This document shows, piece after piece, positions 48,182 to 57,692 of a DNA stretch of 64,000 bases. Source of the DNA: Candidatus Poribacteria bacterium (GTDB lineage Bacteria > Poribacteria > WGA-4E > WGA-3G). The stretch lies in assembly GCA_965205015.1 (NCBI GenBank), contig OZ242029.1, positions 5,344,001-5,408,000 on the forward strand, written 5' to 3'. The notes beneath the pieces are model-generated. The model saw only the letters and a list, made by a program, of their open reading frames with translations, did no database searches and had not been told where the DNA came from. The translations under genes and the position numbers were made by a program. Numbering within the stretch: the stretch's first letter is position 1; each line of letters begins with the position of its first letter.

Positions 48182-49915
48182 TTAGGCCCCTTCTTGCATC
48201 CCTGCGAACTGTTTCAGGAATAGATCGTGATATACACCGTTACGCTGAATCAACGCAGCATGCGTGCCGGATTCAACGAGTTCTCCATCGCTGAGTACGA
48301 GAATCTTGTCAGCGTTCAAGATCGTTGAGAGTCGGTGTGCGATGACGAAACTGGTGCGTCCTCGCATGAGGCGTATGAGTGCCTCTTGAACGAGTGCCTC
48401 AGATTCGGCATCCAGAGACGAAGTTGCCTCATCGAGAATAAGGATTTTGGGGTCTCTGATAAGCACGCGCGCAATGGCAATGCGTTGCTGTTCGCCACCC
48501 GATAATTGAACCCCACGCTCACCGACTTCGCTCTCATATTGCTCAGGGAAATTCATGATGAAGTCGTGTGCGTTTGCTAATTTTGCCGCGGCGACGACCT
48601 GCTCGTGTGTTACTGCTTCCGGGTCTTCCGCACCCAGACGAATATTATAAGCGATGCTCTCAGCGAATAGATATGGGTCTTGAAAAACGATGCCGATATG
48701 GGAGCGCAACGACTGGATTTGAATCTGTTTGATGGGTGTGGTGTCGATGAGAATATTGCCGTGTTGGGGTTCGTAGAAGCGCGGAATTAGGCTCACCAAG
48801 GTGCTTTTGCCAGCACCACTGGGTCCAACGATGGCAACTGTTTCGCCGGGTTCGGCTTGAAAACGAATCCGTTTCAAAACGGGTTGTGCATCGCTATATT
48901 CAAAGGAGACATCAGAGAATTGAACGCCGCCCTCAATGTGCGTGATGGGTGTACCGTCTCGAGATTCTTGCTCGTGTTCGTCAAAGAACGCGAAGATCCG
49001 ACGGGCGGCCGCCATGACGGATGGAATGCTGAGATGAAGGGTCACGAGAAAGTGCACAGGACGCTGCAGCGCATTGAACCACATGACTACCGCAAAGAGT
49101 TCTCCCACGGTCATAGCGTCTCGTAGAACATACCCACCTCCCACCAGAAGCACCAGCGCATCGCTGAGCCACCAGATGACTAAGATATCGCCTACCTTTT
49201 GGATCTTTACCTGTTTGATACGGATTGTCACAAGTTGCTTCAGGAAGTGATGGATGTTTTTTAAATCGTAAAGTTCTTTCCCCAATCCCTTGAGTTCTCG
49301 AGAACCGGCAATGCTTTCCTGTAGGTTGCTTGACAGCACAGCGTTCTGTTCTTGGACTTCCTCCCCTATTCGATTGAGGGATTTGTTTAAAAGGATTGGC
49401 ATCGAGACAGTCACGCCGACGAGGAGCAGTGAGAGAAGGCATAACTGCCAACTAACACTCATGACGACAGGGATGGTGATAATAAGCAGGATGATGTTTG
49501 TCGGATAGTCGCTGGCAAATATCTGAAACCCCTCTATCGCCTTTGGCGTGTCTGACGTGAACAGTGCCATGACCTTACCGGTCTGCTGTGTATCATAAAA
49601 TTTGAAGCCTAATCTACGGAGGTGATGATAGGCGGCGAGTTGGATGTCTTTCGCGGCATTTTGTGAAACCTTTATAGGGAAGTAAGCGAACCCCAGTGAA
49701 AAGAGATACATGCCGAATGCTACCAGCATCCAGAGTCCGCACGTAGGCAACAGTTTGTCGGCATCTTTCGCGAGAAAGACATCGTCAATCAGAATCTTTT
49801 CAATCCAGGGGAGGACGATAAACCCACCAAAGTAGCCGAGTTGACAAAGAATGTAAAATCCTTGGAAATACCAATACGGTTTTATGTATGACAGGAGCCG
49901 CAGAACATCTTTCAA
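48182..49915 (-). CDS. ABC exporter (TMD+NBD fusion), copy 1
   Basis: Same motifs as copy 2. Both copies begin MKDVLRLLSY. Confidence 0.93.
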   Translation of the reverse strand: MKDVLRLLSYIKPYWYFQGFYILCQLGYFGGFIVLPWIEKILIDDVFLAKDADKLLPTCGLWMLVAFGMYLFSLGFAYFPIKVSQNAAKDIQLAAYHHLRRLGFKFYDTQQTGKVMALFTSDTPKAIEGFQIFASDYPTNIILLIITIPVVMSVSWQLCLLSLLLVGVTVSMPILLNKSLNRIGEEVQEQNAVLSSNLQESIAGSRELKGLGKELYDLKNIHHFLKQLVTIRIKQVKIQKVGDILVIWWLSDALVLLVGGGYVLRDAMTVGELFAVVMWFNALQRPVHFLVTLHLSIPSVMAAARRIFAFFDEHEQESRDGTPITHIEGGVQFSDVSFEYSDAQPVLKRIRFQAEPGETVAIVGPSGAGKSTLVSLIPRFYEPQHGNILIDTTPIKQIQIQSLRSHIGIVFQDPYLFAESIAYNIRLGAEDPEAVTHEQVVAAAKLANAHDFIMNFPEQYESEVGERGVQLSGGEQQRIAIARVLIRDPKILILDEATSSLDAESEALVQEALIRLMRGRTSFVIAHRLSTILNADKILVLSDGELVESGTHAALIQRNGVYHDLFLKQFAGMQEGA

Positions 49916-49946
49916 TTCATCTTCCCTTGCGAATTGGGATCTGATT

Positions 49947-52900
49947 CTATTCTAAAATATTTTCAATGCTTAGGGGGCGAGTCATCTTCTGATTTTCGGC
50001 TTCCAATTTCTCACGGCTTGCGACGACGCAAATTGAGGCTTTATCCTTATTTTCCTCCAGCGTTTGAAGCAGGGCACGTTTCACCTCTGTGGGGGTTGCG
50101 CGTCGGAGTTGGGCATATCTTTCTTCGAGCCCTTCATGTGTCTGCCCTGTGAGGTGATGCGTAAGTGCATCGGTTGAGGCTTGACCGGGTCGAATTGTTT
50201 TTTGGTAATCTGTCGCTGTCGCGATGATTGCCCTGTCGATGTCTGCCTGCGTCCATTCTACCTGTTTGATATAATCAGCAGTTCGTTCAAAGACGTTGAG
50301 GGTACGTGCGATGTGCGGATCAGCGCATGATCCTTGGTACAGACAGGCATCAAGCGGATCATACGCGAAGCATGGTAGGTAAGCATTGCCCTTAAGACGA
50401 ACTTCGGTCATAATGTAGCCAAGCCATAAGATCTGTGCCCCGATGCTCAGAAAGGCTGAATCTGGATGTGAGTAGTGCGGTGCCGGTATTGCATATGTAC
50501 AATTGGCTATCTGCATAGGAACCGCCAACCCTTCGCGTGGTGGAGTGTCGAAAGGTTTAAAACCCATTGATGCTGGAGTTATCGGTTCATTACGCATGTC
50601 GCCAATCCATGCAGCGAACTTTTTCTCAAGACTCCCAAAAGCTGCGTCAGAACCGGTAAAGCTGGCAGTCACGCGACCGCGCACTAACAGAAAATCGCGA
50701 ATCTGTTCGATGTAAGCGCAAAGTTCCTCATGAGATTCATCAAAACGGTTGAGCAACGTTTCACTCGTGCGTAGCTGCGGAAGTCCAAAAACAATTTCCG
50801 ATAGATAGGCTTGTGGCGAAAACCCGCGGGCGGCATGATAGGTTGCCGAAGCCAAGCCATAAGGAAACCGCGGTTTATTCATCAGGGTTGTGCGACATTC
50901 TGTTACTGCTTGGTTAAGTACATCGCGAAGTCGTCCAGTATTACGCGGATTCACAGCAAAAATCAGGTCGTGCAAGACATCTAAGGCATCCCCCATTTTA
51001 CCGTCAAGTACTTTAAGTTGAAACTGCATGTTACACAACGTTCGCCCCGTATCGAGTGCGTGTGTGCTAAAGTTAGGGGCGCATTCTAATCCACCGGTAG
51101 CTGCTGCGGTACGCTGCGCCATCTTCGCGTAATCTATACTGCCAGCACCGAGTTTGTGGATAGCATCGGTGTATCTGGGCAGATACTGCCAAAGGTGTTG
51201 CGGCAATCCTTGCAGATCAAAATTTAGGGTAAGATAGTTCACACCGTTGGAAAAGACATTGCTTCGGAGTAGAGGGCGTCCGCTAACCGTTTCAACACTT
51301 GTGGAAATATGCAGCGATTTCTCAGGCAGATCAGCGACGCGCAGTTGCGGCAACTTTGCTAAATCCTCGGATGAATTGGGTTGTTCGTTGAGACGTTCAA
51401 GTTCAGCGGCATCGGCAGCAATGTCTATCATCTGTTCATCGGTGAGTTGTGAGCGGATCGATTTCAGACGTGCGTTTTCATTCGCATTAAGACGCGCCTG
51501 CATACCCGGATCGGGAGAGAGAACAGTTGTCAAACGGTGTTGGTTGTTAAGGAGTTTCTCACGAATTAGCTTATTGAAAATGCGCGGATTTTGCTCCCAG
51601 CGTTGGCGGATAACAGATAGGACTGATCCCATCTTTAAAAAGAGGGTCGGCTCCTTTTCATATATCCACGTGTTTATGACACGCGCCATCATCTGAAACG
51701 GAAATCTCGGCGTAACTTCCTGATAATCATAAGTGATTTGCTGGAACGCAGCGTTCACTGTTTCCGTGTCAATTTCTGTGTCTGCAATTTGAGCCAATGT
51801 ATTAACAACCAATTCTGTGAAAGCCTCAATACGATCTGCTTCACTTCCGGTTAAGCCGATGTGAAAGGTACTGTGCGGACCTATAGTATTAACTCCGGGG
51901 CGCATGAGAAACCTATTATCAAATAAGTCGGTTCCGAGTTTTGAATCAATAATCGACTTACGGAGCGGGGATCCCTCGTTCCCGATCAGAATCAGACTCA
52001 AAATTCGACACAAGACAACATCTTCAGGGTCCGTTGCGTCACCAATAAGCCAGTTGAGCATGAGGTATGTCTTCTCAGCCGTCGATTCATCTGCACCAAT
52101 CAGATAGGTATCATGCCCTGTCCGTGGGGTTTTCCACTTTGAAGGATGTGTAATTTCTGGTCGGAGGGGGTGTAGAAACCCGTTTGTCTCAGTCTTTGGC
52201 ATAGCCGCCAGTTTATCGGCAAGAAACGTGAGATAATCACTTGTTGGAATATTGCCGTAGCAGAAGAAGTAACAGTTCTTGGGATGAAAGTAGGTTTGGT
52301 GATAGGACTTAAATTGTTCATAAGTTAGGTCGGGCATAACCAGTGAGTTCCCACCACTATCAAGGGCATAGCAAGTGTCAGGCAGAAGTCCGCCAGTCAC
52401 GACAGAATACGAGTGGTATTCTGGGTCAGACAAGCCGCTTTTTTGTTCATTATAGACAATCCCATTTATTTTTAAATCTCGTGTGGGTTGCTCCGGATCT
52501 ACAGGTTCAAGATGGTGTCCTTCACGTTTGAAAGTATCCTCTGTCAACAGTGGATAAAAAATAGAATCAAAGTAGACTGCTGCAAGATTAAACAGGTCCT
52601 TTTTGACGTTGCTTGAGGCATAGTAAAAGGCATGGTCGAACCAGTTCATGGCGTTCGCATCGTCAAAGGTGGCGAGGCTCATCTTGATCATCTCAAAGAA
52701 CACCTCTTTTACTGGAAAATTTCGAGATCCTGCCATTACGGAATGCTCAAGGATATGTTGTAGCCCTGTATCGTCGAGTGTTGGGGTTATCGGACTGATC
52801 GAGAACCAGTTTTTGGTGTCATCTGTATAGAGATGCAAGAGTCGTGCACCGCTATGTGGATGCAAGAGTTCTATCGCTACTGCCCGCAACTCGTCAATGG

Positions 52901-53024
52901 GTGTGACGGCTTTCACTTCAAAACCGTGAAGATGTTGCCCTGGGGAAAGGTTAACGGGTGGATGTTGAGAATCTGTTCTGTTTTGTGGAGATGTATTGGG
53001 TGCATTATTCTGTTCTGAATGCAT
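49947..53024 (-). CDS. M16C metallopeptidase (presequence protease/PreP-like, insulinase family)
   Basis: HILEH inverted zinc motif, FKREG, GIVYNE third ligand, SGG, and EVRLKGNAY. Confidence 0.9.
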   Translation of the reverse strand: MHSEQNNAPNTSPQNRTDSQHPPVNLSPGQHLHGFEVKAVTPIDELRAVAIELLHPHSGARLLHLYTDDTKNWFSISPITPTLDDTGLQHILEHSVMAGSRNFPVKEVFFEMIKMSLATFDDANAMNWFDHAFYYASSNVKKDLFNLAAVYFDSIFYPLLTEDTFKREGHHLEPVDPEQPTRDLKINGIVYNEQKSGLSDPEYHSYSVVTGGLLPDTCYALDSGGNSLVMPDLTYEQFKSYHQTYFHPKNCYFFCYGNIPTSDYLTFLADKLAAMPKTETNGFLHPLRPEITHPSKWKTPRTGHDTYLIGADESTAEKTYLMLNWLIGDATDPEDVVLCRILSLILIGNEGSPLRKSIIDSKLGTDLFDNRFLMRPGVNTIGPHSTFHIGLTGSEADRIEAFTELVVNTLAQIADTEIDTETVNAAFQQITYDYQEVTPRFPFQMMARVINTWIYEKEPTLFLKMGSVLSVIRQRWEQNPRIFNKLIREKLLNNQHRLTTVLSPDPGMQARLNANENARLKSIRSQLTDEQMIDIAADAAELERLNEQPNSSEDLAKLPQLRVADLPEKSLHISTSVETVSGRPLLRSNVFSNGVNYLTLNFDLQGLPQHLWQYLPRYTDAIHKLGAGSIDYAKMAQRTAAATGGLECAPNFSTHALDTGRTLCNMQFQLKVLDGKMGDALDVLHDLIFAVNPRNTGRLRDVLNQAVTECRTTLMNKPRFPYGLASATYHAARGFSPQAYLSEIVFGLPQLRTSETLLNRFDESHEELCAYIEQIRDFLLVRGRVTASFTGSDAAFGSLEKKFAAWIGDMRNEPITPASMGFKPFDTPPREGLAVPMQIANCTYAIPAPHYSHPDSAFLSIGAQILWLGYIMTEVRLKGNAYLPCFAYDPLDACLYQGSCADPHIARTLNVFERTADYIKQVEWTQADIDRAIIATATDYQKTIRPGQASTDALTHHLTGQTHEGLEERYAQLRRATPTEVKRALLQTLEENKDKASICVVASREKLEAENQKMTRPLSIENILE

Positions 53025-53063
53025 TCTAACCTCTATCCTTTCGTGTTGCTATAACGTGAATGA

Positions 53064-53168
53064 GACTTCGGTCTGAAAGGAGAACAGTCTCCCACAGACC
53101 GAAGTCGACCGGAAACAGTCGTATTTCAATCAAACATATTCTTGACCGAGAAAGCTCTATTTCCGGTC
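53064..53168 (-). other. Two abutting long hairpins in the 5' leader of the peptidase operon (candidate cis-regulatory RNA)
   Basis: GACTTCGGTCTG/CAGACCGAAGTC is a perfect 12-bp inverted repeat (53064-53106). GACCGGAAAYAG arms span 53107-53168. Confidence 0.6.
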
Positions 53169-53230
53169 CCTCTATGCGCGTATTGTTACTACAAACGAGT
53201 CCCTAAAAGGTTGCCTATTTCCATATACTA

Positions 53231-53247
53231 CGCAATATTTATGCCAA
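53231..53247 (-). promoter_or_regulatory. sigma54 (-24/-12) promoter
   Basis: Minus strand TTGGCAT-AAATA-TTGCG matches TGGCAC-N5-TTGC. Confidence 0.8.
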
Positions 53248-53265
53248 CGGTAATTGCTTGAAATA

Positions 53266-53343
53266 GCGGAAATTTCCGCGGATTGTCTGCCAAATTGGCT
53301 ACAATCTTAAAAGGGTGGCAATTTCATAGGTCAATTTGACCTA
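53266..53343. promoter_or_regulatory. Palindromic candidate upstream activator (bEBP) sites
   Basis: GCGGAAATTTCCGC (53266-79), GATTGTCTGCCAAATTGGCTACAATC (53281-306) and TAGGTCAATTTGACCTA (53327-43). Confidence 0.55.
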
Positions 53344-53438
53344 CTATCATCCTTTCTCTTTCTTGTTAGTGACGCGGTTTAGAGCCGAAAAGGGTGCATG
53401 ATTTTGTAAAAAATCGCAAAAAGTGGAAGATCGTGTTT

Positions 53439-54464
53439 TTATTCCTGCCAGATACCGATTTCGCGATAGAAACGGATGGCACCCGGGTGAAAAGACGTGC
53501 CTGTATCTTTGACGACATTTTTCGGATTAATGGCTTTGCCGGCACCGTGCCGTTTCACGACTTCCGCCCGATGCGTATACACGGTCTTCGTGAACTCGTA
53601 GACGATGTTTTCATCTGCGTTTTCAGCGGTGATGAGGTGCATCGCGCCTACGTTCATACTGGCAAACGGCTCCGTCTGTCCTTTGTAGGTATTCGCGGGA
53701 ATAGTTATTGCATTAAAGAAAGGGTAATCTGCGAAGAGGGACTGTTTCGCTGCGTCGTCGAATGGAATGAAGAAGATGTCTTGAGACGTACTGGCTTGCG
53801 TAGCGGCTGGTGTTGGGACCGCACCGCCGACGAATGCAGCGGCAGCGGAACCATCCGCTAACAAATCTACCGCCCCGATATAAGTGCTATTGATCGGTGT
53901 GAAATCGTCGTAGGTGATACCGTGTGCTGCCAGTATCGGTTTAAGGAAGTACTCGAAGCCTGCCCCTGCTGGACCCACAACAATCCGTTTACCGGCGAAG
54001 TCTCGAATGCTACGAACACCGGAGGACTGGGGTGTAAGGAACAGTCCAACATTGGGCGCAAGCGTCATGACGGTTTGGATGGTGTGTTCGGTTGCCCAGG
54101 CACCTTCGCCGCGCACGGCAAAATAAGAAATTGCGGCGTTAGCGAGCGCGAATTCCAGTTCACCGTTCACGATGCGTCGGATGTTTTCCTGTGTGCCTTT
54201 CGTGGCTTCGGCGGTCACTTCCCAGTTCGCTTCTGAGACGTTACCGTCAACGACCTCGGCGATTGCCGAACCGACGACGAAGAACGCACCACCTGCAGGG
54301 GCGGTGCCGATACTGATATAGCGGCGTTTTGTGGAATTATCGTTCACTAACTGGGCAGGTGTATCGCCCTTTTCATTTTCGGCAGCCTTTTGTTTTGCAG
54401 TATTGTCGCACCCGATGGCGAGTATAACGCAGATGATTGACAGATAGGACAGTATTAATTTCAT
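53439..54464 (-). CDS. TAXI family TRAP transporter solute-binding lipoprotein
   Basis: Lipobox AIGC, IGTAPAGG, ATKGTQEN and FHPGAIRFYRE. Confidence 0.9.
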   Translation of the reverse strand: MKLILSYLSIICVILAIGCDNTAKQKAAENEKGDTPAQLVNDNSTKRRYISIGTAPAGGAFFVVGSAIAEVVDGNVSEANWEVTAEATKGTQENIRRIVNGELEFALANAAISYFAVRGEGAWATEHTIQTVMTLAPNVGLFLTPQSSGVRSIRDFAGKRIVVGPAGAGFEYFLKPILAAHGITYDDFTPINSTYIGAVDLLADGSAAAAFVGGAVPTPAATQASTSQDIFFIPFDDAAKQSLFADYPFFNAITIPANTYKGQTEPFASMNVGAMHLITAENADENIVYEFTKTVYTHRAEVVKRHGAGKAINPKNVVKDTGTSFHPGAIRFYREIGIWQE

Positions 54465-54519
54465 GAGAGTCTCCTATAGATTATGGTTGCTTCGGGCTTA
54501 TAAGCCTTTCGATTCCATA

Positions 54520-55782
54520 TTAATTCAGCGGCATTTCAGGTGGAAATGGGCACATTTCTGCCATTGCTGGGAAGATGTGCGTTACATCTTTCCTAAACAC
54601 ATCTCCACTCAAGATGTCAACGATGCCTCCCTGATGCTCTGGGTATTCTGACAGGAACCGCGCGAAACTGAATTCCTTTGTATAAAAAGCGTAGACGAGT
54701 TTCCGAAATGCCTCCATCCCCTTTACAAATTCGGGTCCAAAACTTCCAAGTTGCGTTTCGGAGAAGTCATTTTTATCGAACGCTTCGATGATAACATCCG
54801 CTGCCATCTCACCAGATTTGAGTGCAAGAAACAGTCCTGTCGAATAAACGGGATCCAAGAATCCGAATGCGTCGCCTACGAGCACCCAGTTGTTGCCCGC
54901 GATACGACTCGCACGGTAGGAGAAATCTTTCGTGGTTTGGATGGGAAAAAGTTGCTTCGCGCCTTTGAGCCGTTGTTGCAATGGCGTGCACTTCGTGAGC
55001 TCTTCGGTAAAAATTTTTTCGACATTGAGTTTGCCCTCGGTATCCCTTCGATGCTGAAGGAGGTAGTCCAACTCACCCACAACCCCGATGCTCGTGCGGT
55101 TATAAGGGAGCGGAATCGACCAGAACCAAGAATCCTTCGCTTCGGTGTGTAGGATAAGCGTCGCGCCTTCATCAATGCCTTCGTCTCTATGTCCACCTTC
55201 GTAATGTGTAAAGAGCGATGCCATTTTCAGGTTCGGTTCTATCGTATTCAGATTCAGCTGCCTTCCGATGAGGGACCGCTGTCCGGTAGAATCAACAATG
55301 ACGGTGGCGTTAAGGGTTTCACGGGTGCCATCTATACCCTGCGTAACGACACCTGTTGCCGTATCTCTTGCAAAGAGGACTTCTCGCACACCGAGTCCCC
55401 TGCGGATTTCTACACCTTTCTCTTTCGCATTGTCCAAGAGCATCTCGTCGAATTCACTCCGTAAGACCTGCCATGTAACAGCACTTTCATGCGGGTTGGT
55501 TTGAAAGAAGTAGAACGGCGTGGAGGCTTTACCGGAGCGTGAATAGAACTGTACACTGTACTTCTGAGGGAAATGGCTCGTCCGTAGTTTTTCGAGCATA
55601 CCGAGTCGCTTGAAGGTCCAATACGTGGCGGGGATCAACGATTCCCCGATTTTGAATTTCGGTTCAGCTTCCCGTTCAAGAAGCAGCACGCGATACCCTT
55701 GTTCCGCGACGAGCGTTGCCACAGTGCTGCCGGCGGGTCCGCCCCCGATAACGATGGTGTCGTAGGTGTGATGTCTGTTCAT
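54520..55782 (-). CDS. Flavin-dependent halogenase-like FAD oxidoreductase
   Basis: GGGPAG, IGESL, F..K, WFWSIP (WxWxIP) and GDAFGFLDPVYSTG. Confidence 0.8.
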   Translation of the reverse strand: MNRHHTYDTIVIGGGPAGSTVATLVAEQGYRVLLLEREAEPKFKIGESLIPATYWTFKRLGMLEKLRTSHFPQKYSVQFYSRSGKASTPFYFFQTNPHESAVTWQVLRSEFDEMLLDNAKEKGVEIRRGLGVREVLFARDTATGVVTQGIDGTRETLNATVIVDSTGQRSLIGRQLNLNTIEPNLKMASLFTHYEGGHRDEGIDEGATLILHTEAKDSWFWSIPLPYNRTSIGVVGELDYLLQHRRDTEGKLNVEKIFTEELTKCTPLQQRLKGAKQLFPIQTTKDFSYRASRIAGNNWVLVGDAFGFLDPVYSTGLFLALKSGEMAADVIIEAFDKNDFSETQLGSFGPEFVKGMEAFRKLVYAFYTKEFSFARFLSEYPEHQGGIVDILSGDVFRKDVTHIFPAMAEMCPFPPEMPLN

Positions 55783-55892
55783 CTGTACGTTTTCAATGGG
55801 AGATATTCTGTTCTGTCTTAAGATCGCCGCAGTCAATCCACAGCTTCTTCATTTAATGATAGCTTCTTGATTATTTGTGATTCTTCCGACAA

Positions 55893-56162
55893 TCATTGTG
55901 TTGGTGCCGAGATCTTAAAGCCGATCCGGTAAGCAGCCGGAAACCCGATCCGTAAACCGTAAACAGTCGCATCCGGGTGCTTGGCAAGAAGGTTGTCTGT
56001 AGCTACCAAATCCTCATCAGCAATCGCATAATCCCCTGTTTTGATGTCAATTGCCAAGAATTTTCCTTTGTGCATGGATTCAACTTTGTTACGTATGTTT
56101 TGCTGATAAAGTGCTTCGCCGCGGGCAGCAATAGTTTCAGAGGTGTTATCAGGGTATGACAT
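55893..56162 (-). CDS. Small hypothetical protein (DUF5678-like)
   Basis: GEALY...GKFLAIDIKTGDY...HPDA...RIG. AGGAG RBS. Confidence 0.7.
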   Translation of the reverse strand: MSYPDNTSETIAARGEALYQQNIRNKVESMHKGKFLAIDIKTGDYAIADEDLVATDNLLAKHPDATVYGLRIGFPAAYRIGFKISAPTQ

Positions 56163-56411
56163 CGTAATTCTCCTAACATTTGGGAGTCAGATTGTTTCTG
56201 CTGGAAGAGGCAAGTCACAATTACATAGCGCACCTATTGACAGAATTTCCTTACAACAATTGTAACATAAGGTTGCAGCACGCGTCAACTGTGGCGCGAA
56301 GGTGGATCCTGTGTTAATTTACCAAAGACTCGGCAGAAAGCACCCTTGCTTTAGCTGGGTGATGAATGCCGCCCTCTTGGATTAGACCCAAGCGTGATGT
56401 CTAAAAAACAT

Positions 56412-56440
56412 TTGACTTTGGTAGTGAATTGTGGTATAAT
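56412..56440 (+). promoter_or_regulatory. Strong sigma70 promoter inside the IS left end, driving tnpB
   Basis: TTGACT-17 bp-TATAAT with a TG extension. Confidence 0.8.
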
Positions 56441-56531
56441 ATTGTCATACATTGTGGCGGTGGAGACTACCTCTCGCTTGAGAGTGCCACCGCACCGATT
56501 AGTCTCGGTATCACAATGTAAAGGAAAGACA

Positions 56532-57692
56532 ATGTATACCACCACCACAATAAAACACCGTAGAACGGATTTTCTCGATTCCCTTGCCCGTGAGTCGGGG
56601 CGTTGCTATTCCAAAGTTGTCTCGCTTGTGAGAAAAACACATGCAAATAAGGACCTGTGGCTTTCTAAAGGCGGCGTTCAAAAATATCTACGTCACCGCG
56701 GGTATGCACTGCATTCCCAAAGTATCCAAGCGTGTGCGGATTCCTATTTTGATGCACTAAATTCGTATTTTCAGGTTCGCAAGGTCAATCCCGATGCGAA
56801 ACCTCCAAAGCGAACGCCAAAGCATTTCAAAGTCCGTTGGAAGTCCACTGCGATTCGTCATAAAGACGGAAAACTTATACTCTCTAATGGGCGTGGACGT
56901 GACCCGATTGTATTAGAAATAGAAGAAATAGAAACAAAACCTCGCTATGTAGAAATGTATTTTCGCCGCGGTTGCTACTATTTCGCGATTGTTGATAAAA
57001 TAGACGTACCACCAAAACAAGAGACAGGTATAGCAGTAGCAGTGGATATGGGCGAGATACACCCGATTGTCTCTCACGATGGCGAAAAAACCCTCATCTA
57101 TAATGGGCGGCTCCTGCGATCTATCGTTCAATATCGAAACAAAGTCAACGCGAATTTCCAAGCCAGTATGAGTCGGTGCCGGAAGCGTTCAAAACGCTGG
57201 TATCAACTTCTGAAGGCAAAACGCCGAACACTTGATAAAATTAACGCACAACTCAAGGATGCCGAACACAAAATCACATCACGCTTTATATCCGACTGCG
57301 AAAAGGCGAAGGCGGATACGATAGTGATTGGAGACCTAAAAGGCATTCGCGACCGCGCAAAGTTTGGCAAAAAGTCTAATCAGAAGATTCACTAGTGGGC
57401 ATTCTCTCGGATAGCAGAGAAAATCTGCTACAAAGCGGAGATGGCAGGTATTCACGTAATGTTTGAATCCGAAGCGTATACCTCACAGACCTGCCCCAAG
57501 TGTGCGAACCGAAAGAAACCTACAAACCGAAACTATCACTGCAAACACTGCGGTTTGAAGTATCACCGCGACGGTGTCGGTGCTATCAATCTATGGTCAA
57601 AAGTATCAGGATATTTGTTGTATCCTGTAGTCGGGGAACTGGCAGCCCCCTTAGGTGTCAAATTTCATTGGCATCTAAGTCGCTCTGGGTAA
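56532..57692 (+). pseudogene. tnpB: TnpB RNA-guided endonuclease with one in-frame TAG at 57393-57395
   Basis: AVDMG (RuvC-I), IVIGDL, KIH*WAF in frame with EAYTSQTCPKC..CKHC and HRDGVGAINL (RuvC-III). Confidence 0.9.

Noticed and set aside
53189-53224. Tiny ORF MEIGNLLGTRL as the peptide precursor for the M16/ABC operon
   Set aside because: It is only 11 codons, has no RBS, and its ATG sits at or before the expected sigma54 start site. There is no supporting feature.
57393-57395. TAG in tnpB as pyrrolysine or a recoded stop
   Set aside because: Many intact genes in the window end in TAG, so it is a normal stop. A CAG to TAG mutation is simpler.
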